Source of the DNA: Macrostomum lignano
Taxonomy: Eukaryota
Length of the DNA stretch: 64,000 bases
NCBI GenBank assembly: GCA_002269645.1
Contig: NIVC01000522.1
Coordinates: 486,996-550,995 of the forward strand
Direction of reading: 5' to 3'
The notes beneath the pieces were generated by a model. That model had not been told where the DNA came from and made no database searches. It was given only the letters and a program-made list of their open reading frames with translations. The number at the start of each line of letters is the position of its first letter. Positions within the stretch are counted from its first letter, which is position 1. Position numbers and translations under genes: made by a program. This document shows positions 1 to 9,694 of the stretch, piece after piece.

Positions 1-815
1 CTGGACTCGTCGTCGACATTGTACTTGCTGCGGATCTCCTCCACTTTTTGTTTGCTGAGGTCTTCGATCCACGTGATGGCATCAAACTGTTTCTTGTTTG
101 CTGGAGACAAGGCGAGAGCAGTTTCGACTGGCATGAACCGATAGAAAGCGGTGAGCAGGCCCACAACATTTTGGTTCGTCACACCTCCGAGGTTTTTTAA
201 AAACTCATTGAAGTCCGAGTCCTCGTAGCTGCTGAAGTTGGAGAAAATGAATCGAGTGACCACATTGGCCACGGCCTTGCTGATGAAGTCTCGTGGATCG
301 ACCAACTGACCTTCCTTCGACCTCAAAAAGTCCATCAGTTGCACAGCCTCCTCTTGAATCTGCAATTCTGAGGCGTTCCGACCGAACCCGAAGTCCTTGA
401 GAATGCGAAGCGCGAACTGTCTGTGCTCCTGCCACAGAACTACCTCGGAGCCCGCAATTCCGGATTCTTTGAACAGAAACTTGTGATAGTTTGTATTCGG
501 CCGTCCACTGAACACGTCGGGCATGGTAAACATCTCTCGCATGGTCTCGTAACCGGACACAAGAACAATCTCCTGAGTTCCCATTTGGAATGAAGCCAAG
601 TCTCCGTACTTCTTCTGGATGTCCTGCATCAGCAGGAAAAGTCGGTGGCGCTTGTTCATGACGGTTCGCCACATGACCAGCGGCAGCAGGCCGAAGCCGG
701 GAACGCCGACAGGGCCCGGAGGCGACTTGCTGAGAGCGCGCTTGACGTAAGCATATGCGCAGATAGCCAGAGCAATTACAGCGACTACAATCGCGTTTGA
801 AACGGTGAACAGCAT
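1..815 (-). CDS. Cytochrome P450, CYP2-clan paralog A (5' part of exon 1; runs off the window edge)
   Basis: Manual translation from ATG at 815: MLFTVSNAIVVAVIALAICAYAYVKRALSKSPPGPVGVPGFG...WQEHRQFALRILKDFGFG...NKKQFDAITWIEDLSKQKVEEIRSKYNVDDES. It is open to position 1 and colinear with the complete P450 at 14116-15765. It has an N-terminal membrane anchor, the PPGP hinge and the WxxxR motif. The 205..996 ORF in the track is an off-frame reading. Confidence 0.93.
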   Translation of the reverse strand, partial: MLFTVSNAIVVAVIALAICAYAYVKRALSKSPPGPVGVPGFGLLPLVMWRTVMNKRHRLFLLMQDIQKKYGDLASFQMGTQEIVLVSGYETMREMFTMPDVFSGRPNTNYHKFLFKESGIAGSEVVLWQEHRQFALRILKDFGFGRNASELQIQEEAVQLMDFLRSKEGQLVDPRDFISKAVANVVTRFIFSNFSSYEDSDFNEFLKNLGGVTNQNVVGLLTAFYRFMPVETALALSPANKKQFDAITWIEDLSKQKVEEIRSKYNVDDES

Positions 816-905
816 GTTGCTGGAGTTGAGTGGAATTACAAGCTAGATTGAAACAGTAAAATCTTATCGTCCTTGGCCTTTCATATACTTGCTTTCGGAC
901 TTTTA

Positions 906-940
906 GAACGTGAGCAAAGGTCATTTCTAGGCAGATTTCA
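906..940. promoter_or_regulatory. Conserved upstream block of CYP paralog A containing a nuclear-receptor (HNF4/DR1-like) site
   Basis: GAACGTGAGCAAAGGTCATTTCTAGGCAGATTTCA is nearly identical to 15847-15881 upstream of paralog B, while the surrounding DNA has diverged. It contains CAAAGGTCA. Function is inferred. Confidence 0.45.
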
Positions 941-1697
941 GAGAATTGTACCTCGGAGTCGAGAATGCTCAGCTTTGTAGTTTCGACTTTGTCCAACCCC
1001 TACTGTTTACAGTGTGGTGAGTGCTGTTTTTACTAGCTGTAAGAGTTTCTTGTTGTATATTTAAGCAGTTATAACCAAAATTTTAATTGTACCTGCATGT
1101 AAACGTTAGTGTACGTAATCCGTTGGAGAATGTAAGAATTATTAGGAAGACAAAAATGAAACGACACAATTATTTTCAGCAATAGTAATGAAATTTGGTT
1201 AAACAATATTTGCCTATTTTTTAAAGTTTCTAATTTTGACTGCACCAGATATTTGACTCACAGTCAACCTAAATCCGACTATCAATTCAGTGTTGAGCAC
1301 ACAAGCGTACCCATTCAGGGAAACGCCCCTTCCCAATCGCCTTAAAAAGTGGCTTTTCTCCAAAAACTATGTGAGAGAAGCAGCCAAGCTGTACGAATAG
1401 CAGAAGCTCAAAGTTTTCCAACTCTTGGATATGGCAACTGCTGTAGGTTGAGCACAGCAAACTTATTGCGAGCTTTACTTGTATTTTCGAGCGTAATTCA
1501 GTTTATTTTTGTCTATGGCTGTGTAGGCAGCTAACGCCTGCTTGAGCCAGTAGAGCTCGACTCTCTTAAACACAATTAATAAATTTGAGAAAAGCTGAGA
1601 GCCCAAGAGCTCCAAAAGAACTTAACAATTCAAGAGCGGTCTTTGCGCATCACGGTCTCCAAAAGCATAATACGAAAAGTATAACAATCGTCGCAAG

Positions 1698-2560
1698 ATG
1701 AAATCTGCACCGACTTCACCGGCACGGCCACCAGAGGGCCCTGCAAAAGTAGCTGGTCCTGCGAAAACGGTGGGATCAGCAAAAACAGCTGGTCTGGCGA
1801 GGGCAGCAGCTTCAGCGAAAACGGCTGGTCCTACGAAGACAGCTGGTTCTGCAGACCGGATGGCGCATGGCAATGGACCGACTATTCGACCAACTGCGGG
1901 AGCAGTGGATATTGAGAAGCTGGAGGCTTCCAGTAATCTGCCACGCTGGCTGGACCGATTCGAGGTGGCAGCAGCTTTTAACAACTGGGACTCGGTAAGG
2001 AAAGCCCAAATACTTCTTATGCGACTTTCACCAAAGCTATATGACAGCTTGGCCGATCATGTCTCGCCTAACAAACCGAGCCGGTTGAACTTCGATGAAC
2101 TCGTGGAAGCACTAAATGAACTGTTAGTTCCAGCAACATTCGTTTTGGCTGAGAGATTCACATTTCAACAATGCACTCGGAACCACGGAGAGAGCATGCG
2201 TGCATTTTCCGAACGACTTGTAAGAGAGGCAGAAAACTGTGACTTCAATAACATCGATGAAAGACTGAGAGACCAATTCATTTGCGGCCTGAGTGATCAG
2301 AACGTTATCGGAAAGCTACTTGTAAAGGACCACCGGAAGCTTACCTTCAGAGACGCAGTAGCTGAAGCAGAGGCGTTCTCATCGTTGATTGCTACTAATA
2401 TTATGAAAAACGCTCCAAAAGCTGATGGGGCTGCTGTAATGAAAGTAGAAGTTCTTAGACCTGGTTCAACGATAGCAAAGAACAAGAATTCTGCACGTCT
2501 GTGTCCCCGATGTGGCTCGACGCACGATAGTACAGCCTGCCCAGATATGGCAACCACCGT
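1698..2560 (+). mobile_element. Ty3/Gypsy gag fragment, truncated by a minisatellite
   Basis: Retrotransposon gag motifs (WLDRFE; LAERFTFQQC...GESMRAFSERL...AENCDF; ERLRDQFICGL) and a zinc knuckle CPRCGSTHDSTAC. The reading frame then runs into the 20-bp repeat, and no pol follows. Confidence 0.85.
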
Positions 2561-2574
2561 AGTAAGGGGAGTAA

Positions 2575-2658
2575 GGGCGCCAACCATGAGACAGGGGCGC
2601 CCACCAAGAGACAGGGGCGCCTACCAAGAGACAGGGGCGCCAACCAAGAGACAGGGGC
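2575..2658. repeat. 20-bp minisatellite, left part (unit GAGACAGGGGCGCCCACCAA)
   Basis: About 4 units, the same unit as the array at 8525-9499. Confidence 0.95.
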
Positions 2659-2754
2659 TTGACTTACTTGACTTAGCTGCAGGGCTGTCCCGGGGGGACA
2701 CAGCGGGAAGGCGCGAACGCCCATTCCGCTAATCCCTGAACGGCCGAAGCGTCG

Positions 2755-5700
2755 CTATGGACGAAGGGTTGGCGCCGCCCAGGGAGGTCCCCCAGGGTCG
2801 CCAGCAGCTATGGTGCTCTCTGGAAAGGAGAGTTCAGCCCTGCGGGTGGCCCGGAGGTAGCGCATGAGCTGATTAAAGTTTTCGGGTTTGCAAGCTTCAG
2901 TAATAGATGTGTGGCCCGAGGTAAGTGAGTCTGGCTCGCGTAAAGGCGGGACAGATGCTGACGAAAGGCTCAGCGGTTTCGTCACCTGAGTTACAGAAAC
3001 TGCAGATGGCGTTGGTGGCGTTGCCCTGCAGATACTGGTGCCTAGAGAAGCAGCCGTGACCTGAGAGGGTCATGGTGGCAGCCCGGATGTCTCTGCGCGA
3101 GAGGCGCAAGAGGAGCTTCCGGAGCTGGTGAGAGGGCTGAGGGACAGCGCCTCTGGATTGCCTGCAGGTAGTGCAGTTCGCCCAAGTCGAGCGGTGCTGG
3201 GTCCTGATCCACGCTTTGATGCGCGTGTCGATGACACAGCCGGGAATTGGGACAAGGGGTTCGGGACCGAGAGAGGAGCCGGAGGCGCCAACTTTCGCAA
3301 GGGCGTCAGCCAACTCATTTCCTCGGATTCCCACATGCCCCGGAACCCACTTGAGGGTGATTTTGTTGGTGGTACCCAACATGTTGAGGAGTTTTATACA
3401 GTCGAGGACTGTAGCAGAATTGGTGCTGCAGCCACTGATGGCGTGCAAGGCAGTTTGGCTGTCCGAATGGAAAATGATGTTCTCACAGGTAACGCCAGTG
3501 GCGAGGAGCTCTGCGGTGCAGGAGCTGATGGCAAGAACTTCATTTTGGAAGACACTAGAGTTGACCCCAGTGTACTGAGCGTGGGTTGCGATAACCCTCC
3601 CGTTCAGGAAGATTCCAACACCAAACCGGTATTGGCTGACTGCTTAGAACCATCGGTGTAGCAGTGAAGCTCACCAGGGTTCCAGTGGTCATTGATGGTA
3701 TCGCGCGAGTCGATAGCTACGGAGTAGCGTTGTCTCAGGTTGAGCGTTGAGGCAATGCCATCGGTGAAGACGCGATTGGCCTGATACTCATTGAGAATGT
3801 TGAGGCACAGGTCGCTATGCGGGACGAGGTTCCGCTTAGCAGGTGCCCTCATGTAAATGAATTTGACGCCGGCATCAAGTAAACTCTGCGTCGTTCTAGC
3901 CGCCTCAACCCTGACGAAGAGGTCAAGAGGCGGTAGATTAAGGAAGGCCTCCATGCCGGCAAAGGGCATGGACCTGGTGGCGTTGCAGATAAGCCTACAC
4001 GCTCTGCCCTGGATCGTGTTGAGCAAATCTGCATGGCTTTTGAACTGGGTAGCGCTAACCCAGACAACTGAGGCGTACGTAATGGCAGGTCTAACTACGG
4101 AAGTGTAGATCCACCAAAGCCGTTTTGGGGAAAGACCCCAAAAAGTGCCAAGTGCTCGTCGGAGGTGGGCCAGGATGGCTGAGGCACGCTTGGCTTTTGC
4201 TTTCACGTGGAAGGACCAGTTGAGCCGGTGGTCAAGTAATGACCCCGAGACATCTGGTTTGGTGCGCGAAGGCAATATCTCTACCGTAGAGCTGCAGAGG
4301 TCGTATGTTCCAGCGTATTCTGCTGGTGAAAATAATGGCAACAGTTTTGGGCTCAGAGAGTTCCAGACCGTTATCATTGGCCCAGGATTCTGCTTTGCGG
4401 ATAAAGCTCTGCATCAGATCCCTGAGCGTGCTGGGCGACGGCCCAGCCACAAGGGCAGTGCCGTCGTCAGCGTACCCGACTTTGAAGACGGGATCAGGTC
4501 GGGAGTCGCCCAGAAGAGCGTCCATGACCAGGTTCCAGAGCGTCGGGGTGAGGACTCCGCCTTGGGGTCCACCCTTACAGACTCTGGCGGAGGCAGTTTG
4601 CCCGAGAAGTTGGGCAGTGACCGTACGGTTAGAGATCATGTACATGATCCATCGTATGAGGGTAGCGTGAGCTTTGCGATTTTGAAGGGCCCTCTGAAAC
4701 GCTTCAAAGATAACGTTATCGAAGGCGCCAACAATGTCGAGAAAAAGAGCCAGGGCGTAACCGTCACCCAGTACCGCCCGTTCAATCTTCTCGACTATCG
4801 CAAGCAGGGCGCTGTCAGTCGACCTTCCGGTACGGAAGGCGTGCTGATGATTGTTGAGGGGCATTGCTGTCAGCTCGCAAGAGAGCAGCCGCCAGATAAT
4901 AAGCCTCTCAGTCAGCTTAAGCATTGCTGACGTTAAGCTAATTGGCCTGAAAGCCTTGACGCTCTGGTAGTCACCCTTTCCAGGTTTGGGAATGAAGACT
5001 ACCCGAGCTTCGTTCCAGCACTTGGGAACGTATCCCAGCTGGATAGAGGCCCGCATGAGATTGCGGGTAAGTCTCAGGAACGAGGGTATCTTGGCTGCTT
5101 CACGAAGAAGAACAGGGTAGATACCATCAGGTCCAGGAGATTTGAAGGGCTTGAAGGTTCTGACCGCACGAGCGATTAAGTCTTCAGTGATGGCTCCATT
5201 CCCGCCGCTAGGATGGCTCCATCCAATGAGTGGTTGGGTTCTGATCTAGCAGTGGGTACCCTCGGGAAGAATGTGCTAAGCATATGCTGAAGCACTTCTT
5301 CAGGTTCTTTAGTAAGAGAGCCTTCATCTTTTCTGATCATGGCTAATTTGGACATTTTGTCCATTGTAAGGGCCTTGACAAGCCTAGAAGTAGGTCTGTC
5401 TTGATCCAATTCATTGCAGAATTGGCGCCATTTACATTCCTTGGCCTTGCGCACTTCAGATTTGAAGTTACGGGAGGCTTGTCGGAAAAGCTCCATATCC
5501 TCCGGGTTTCTGGTCTTCATGGCACGGCGGTGAAGGCTTTTGGCCTTCCGCCTGAGTTTCCCCAGCTCCGGATTCCACCACGGCACCGAGATCTTGCCTT
5601 TGTAGGCACGGACAGGGCAGGCCGCCTCATAGGCTGCAATAATGCAACCTGTCAGCGTCTCAGCCGCATGGTCCACATCCTCGCAGGTCTCAATCGGACG

Positions 5701-6498
5701 TAAGTCCGTGAGTTCCTGCAGGTGCAGATCAAGGGTAGCCTTATAGGCCGCCCAATCAGTGCTGCGGATGTTACGCCTCCAAGTAATCGAGGACTGGGGT
5801 TTAGTGTCCGCGATGTTAAAGGCGATAAAGCAGTGGTCAGACAGGGAGGGCTCCTCAGACCAGACTCTCCACTCCTCAACTCTGTAAAAGAGTCTTGGGG
5901 TAACGAGTGTGGCGTCGAGGACCTCAGTCCATCTGCCATTATTAAAGGTAGGAGGGCTACCGCGGTTGCAGAGCATGAGGTTTGTGTTAGAGATAAGGGC
6001 CAGAAGCTCCTCCCCTCTTGTATTGGTGTCTTTGCTGCCCCAGTGCTTATGGTACGCGTTGAGGTCGCCCCCTAAGCACAGCTCAACGTTCTGGGACTCG
6101 CAGTACTGCGCAAGGCGCAGTAGACTCTCGGGAGCAGGGTCTCTGTCGCCAGGGATGTAAATCGAGGCAACGAGACACGCACGCGGAGAGAGATGATTAG
6201 ATTGGATGACACAAAGGTCTCCATCAGAGAGATCAGTCCTCAGCCAAGCCTGGAGATGGCTGGCAGCGAGGATAGCCGCTCTAGGGCGGTTGTTCCCCGG
6301 GCCACACACATAAAAATCAGAGTAGCCAGAGGGAATGTTGGGCAACTTACCGTTGCGCATCCAGGGTTCCTGGATCAGGATGAGGCCTGGCCTGTACAGC
6401 TCTACAATCTTCATCAGATTTACTGACGCAGATACGCAATGCTGTAGATTTATTTGCAGACAGAATGTCGCTCCTTTGGCAGCGTGGAGCGTAGTCAT
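2755..6498 (-). pseudogene. LINE ORF2 (endonuclease, reverse transcriptase, RNase H), broken into at least 5 frames
   Basis: APE: QINLQH, LIQEPW, GGDLNAYHKHWG, SLSDH. RT: FRPISLTS, QHAFRTGRST, LDIVGAFDNV, PQGGVLTP, GYADD. RNase H: YTDGSK, WVPGHVGIRGNELADALAK. C-terminal CSFC..ETAEPFVSIC (expected His reads as Pro). Confidence 0.92.
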
Positions 6499-6538
6499 AC
6501 TGTATTAAATGCAATTGTCTGGCTAGAGCCCCGGGCCA

Positions 6539-7676
6539 TCAAGGAGACTTGGACAGCAAATCGTCCTCGTCCCAGGCCGTTGGGGCTTGACTGGGAGATG
6601 GGAGTTGGTCGACGTCCATGGCCTCCTCACCCCCACCGGTCCCCCCAGCAGAGTCCTCGGGCTCCGATGACAGGATGGAGGAAGCTTCCTCATCTGCATC
6701 TTCGCCTTCAGACCCCAACAGGGTGGCCGAGGAGAGCTCGGATTCCGATGACCCGGCCTCGTCCTCAACTCCTTCTTTGACTGGCAGGTTCGGTTTCCGG
6801 GGCTTGGCCGGAGCCGTTACCGCGGTCGCCGAACTGCTGCTAGCAGAGGGGCGAGATGAAGCTTCGGCTTTGGGATTGGCTTGCGCTTTTCCTTGGGCCT
6901 TAGACTGCGCCCCGCTCTTGCCGGAGATGCCGGGGTTGGCAGAAGCCTTTCCTTTGGCAGACTTTCCTCGGCGCATCTTGAGCTTGAGGGCACCCAGCTG
7001 GAAAGAGGATCCATTAGGGTACTGACTCGCCCAAGCGTTGGAAAGGCCGAGGACAATTGAGTTGCCCGTCTCCCCCCTGCGGACTTTGCGGTGGTACACC
7101 AGTCCACTAGCAGGGAGGTCGGGGTTCAGACGCAGTAGGACCCGGCGGATAACGTCGGGTCCAGCTGCGGTGCTCTTAGCAGGGACAAAAACCACATAGG
7201 GTATTGTCTTTGGACGCTGGCCTTCGCGAAGAAAAAGAGCTCTGCCAAGGTCAGCATCCAAGGAGACCGTCGGCAGTCGCTGGAGTAGCTGCTGAGCGTC
7301 CTCCTCACTGCTGGGAGCAATAAGAACGAATGTGCTTCGCAGCTTCCCTCCTCGACAGTCAGCTCAATCAGACAGGAGTGAGCAGCACTCCACTTTTTGA
7401 AGCTGACCAGTGGTCCAGTCCTGGTCGCGACCTTGAATGATCACTCCCGGGATTTTGGCCTTGGCCTTCGCCTAAAAGGTAGCTCCCGAAAGAAACTTCT
7501 TGTTGGCAGTGGCCATATGTTGCGCGTGGTTTCGGCCTCAGCTCAGCCTCAGCCGTAGCAGCATCTCCAGGGAGCGCCGCCGCTGAACTACCGGAGCTTC
7601 CACCGGCCGGCCCGTCTGGTTGCTTTGGGACGCCAGTCGCTTCAGCATCCATGGTGGACGCCGCCGCTTTGGCCAC
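6539..7676 (-). pseudogene. LINE ORF1 (low-complexity ends, central globular domain), frameshifted
   Basis: ORFs 7368..7676 and 6539..7261 lie directly upstream of ORF2. The core DVIRRVLLRLNPDLP...SIVLGL resembles LOA-type ORF1. No CCHC knuckle was seen. Confidence 0.65.
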
Positions 7677-8524
7677 CGCAGCTCCCTTCTTGGCCTGCCT
7701 TTTGGCGCGTTGCTTAGCGCGTTTGCGCTCAAGCCGAGCCCGCTGAGCTTCGTCGGTTCTGCCAGATTTGGCCGGTCCTTTAGGCTCAGAGCTCGCGGTT
7801 CCCTTAGATCCACCAGCAGAGCTGGAAGGTCTTTGGGTACTTTGAGTTTGGTAGCTCTGGTCCGACTTCCTTTGCCACAGATGAATCAGTCGGTTGGGTT
7901 CTGCCAGCAGAGCCGGCCGGTCCTTCGGACTGAGGTTGGGGTTTAGAAGGGTCCCCGTCCCTAGAAATAGGGCTTTTATCCATAGTCGGCTCGAAGGCCA
8001 TGATAAAGGTTGGTGGGCTACCTCGAAGGGGCGCGGTACCCACCCGGCCGCTCCACCTGACCGGGCAGTAGGCCAAAAGAACCCTCAAGGCTGGCCCGAC
8101 ACCAGGAGGGGGACCGCTTGCGACCGGACTACTCCCCGGCCTTCCAGCCCATCAGCACGGTCAAACACCTTAGGCATTAGAGGGTACGTTGAGCAGTACC
8201 ACGGCCTGCGGACTGGCAAGCCAGACCCGCATACCCAAGTTCGGCAGAAGTCACTGGATGGGTCCCCAGCGCCGGAGCCCAGTCAGTCCGGCAGCCCTAG
8301 GGTCTGCCTTGAACACACGTGGAGACGAGTACCCTGGGTCGGCTTGCGAGACAGCGTGGGGGGGGGGGGGGGTCTGCGGCTGCCAGAGGCAAATAGAGGG
8401 TGCAGACCTCCCACCAGCCTTGACCTGCTGAAAAAAGGCGCAGGCATGAAGCATCGCAGACCTTAGCCCATGGGCCTAGTCTGTCTCATACTTACTGGCA
8501 TGCTGAATACGCCTTCGCGTGCAG

Positions 8525-9499
8525 GAGACAGGGGCGCCAACCATGAGACAGGGGCGCCAACCATGAGACAGGGACGCCCACCAAGAGACAGGGACGCCCA
8601 CCAAGAGACACGGACGCCCACCAAGAGACAGGGACGCCCACCAAGAGACAGGGGCGCCCACCAAGAGACAGGGACGCCCACCAAGAGACAGCGACGCCCA
8701 CCAAGAGACAGGGGCACCCGCCAAGAGACAGGGACGCCCACCAAGAGACAGGGACGCCCACCAAGAGACAGGGGCGCCCACCAAGAGACAGGGACGCCCA
8801 CCAAGAGACAGGGACGCCCACCAAGAGACAAGGACGCCCACCAAGAGACAGGGACGCCCACCAAGAGACAGGGGCACCCGCCAAGAGACAGGGACGCCCA
8901 CCAAGAGACAGGGGCGCCAACCAAGAGACAGGGACGCCCACCAAGACACAGGGGCGCCCACCAAGAGACAGGGATGCCCACCAAGAGACAAGGACGCCCA
9001 CCAAGAGACAGGGACGCCCACCAAGAGACAGGGACGCCCACCAAGAGACACGGACGCCCACCAAGAGACAGGGGCACCCGCCAAGAGACAGGGACGCCCA
9101 CCAAGAGACAGGGGCGCCCACCAAGAGACAGGGGCGCCCACCAAGAGACAGGGACGCCCACCAAGAGACAGGGACGCCCACCAAGAGACAGGGGCACCCG
9201 CCAAGAGACAGGGACGCCCACCAAGAGACAGGGGCGCCAACCAAGAGACAGGGGCGCCCACCAAGAGACAGGGACGCCCACCAAGAGACAGGGACGCCCA
9301 CCAAGAGACAGGGACGCCCACCAAGAGACAGGGACGCCCACCAAGAGACAGGGGCGCCAACCAAGAGACAGGGACGCCCACCAAGAGACAGGGATGCCCA
9401 CCAAGAGACAGGGGCGCCAACCAAGAGACAGGGACGCCCACCAAGAGACAGGGATGCCCACCAAGAGACAGGGACGCCCACCAAGAGACATGGGCGCCC
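8525..9499. repeat. 20-bp minisatellite, right part (about 48 units)
   Basis: Tandem GAGACAGGG(G/A)CGCCCACCAA with variant units. It lacks stop codons, which produces the spurious 340-425 aa ORFs. Confidence 0.97.
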
Positions 9500-9694
9500 A
9501 AAAAACTTGCATGGTCCTTTGGTTGGCGGCCTCATCAAATTGAACTGCTGCGTACGGCACTGAGCAAACTGTAGGCACTGCCGAAATAATCACATCTGAT
9601 AGAGGGCAGGAGCAAAGTAGAGAATTCTTTGCTTTGCGAGCATGTATCAATAAGTACGAGTCTGAAAAACCGTGAAGCGGGTTTATAAAGGTAT

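Larger units (their letters stand above)
2659..8524 (-). mobile_element. Full-length non-LTR retrotransposon (ORF1 + APE-RT-RNase H ORF2; LOA/I-group-like), frameshifted
   Basis: It has APE, RT, RNase H and a C-terminal Cys motif in colinear order, a 3' tail of (TAAGTCAAG)2 at 2658-2675, and a candidate 10-11 bp TSD GAGACAGGGG(C) at 2648-2658 and 8525-8535. The LOA assignment rests on the domain set and the IPKPGK..Y....FRPISLTS motif. Confidence 0.88.

Noticed and set aside
205-996. 263-aa ORF in the track
   Set aside because: It is an off-frame reading of the CYP paralog A exon. The real frame starts at 815. The same applies to 15467..15814.
3128-7946. Plus-strand ORFs overlapping the LINE (for example 4145..4930, 3128..3661)
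   Set aside because: They are antisense shadows of GC-rich ORF1/ORF2 with no recognisable motifs.
8100-8524. HDV-like ribozyme in the LINE 5' UTR (known from some LOA/R2/RTE elements)
   Set aside because: A TCCACGT L3-like loop exists at about 8320 on the minus strand, but the flanking P3 and P1 pairings do not form.
2555-9560. CCGTA...TACGG as TIRs of an element carrying the 20-bp array
   Set aside because: Only 5 bp match and there is no convincing TSD.
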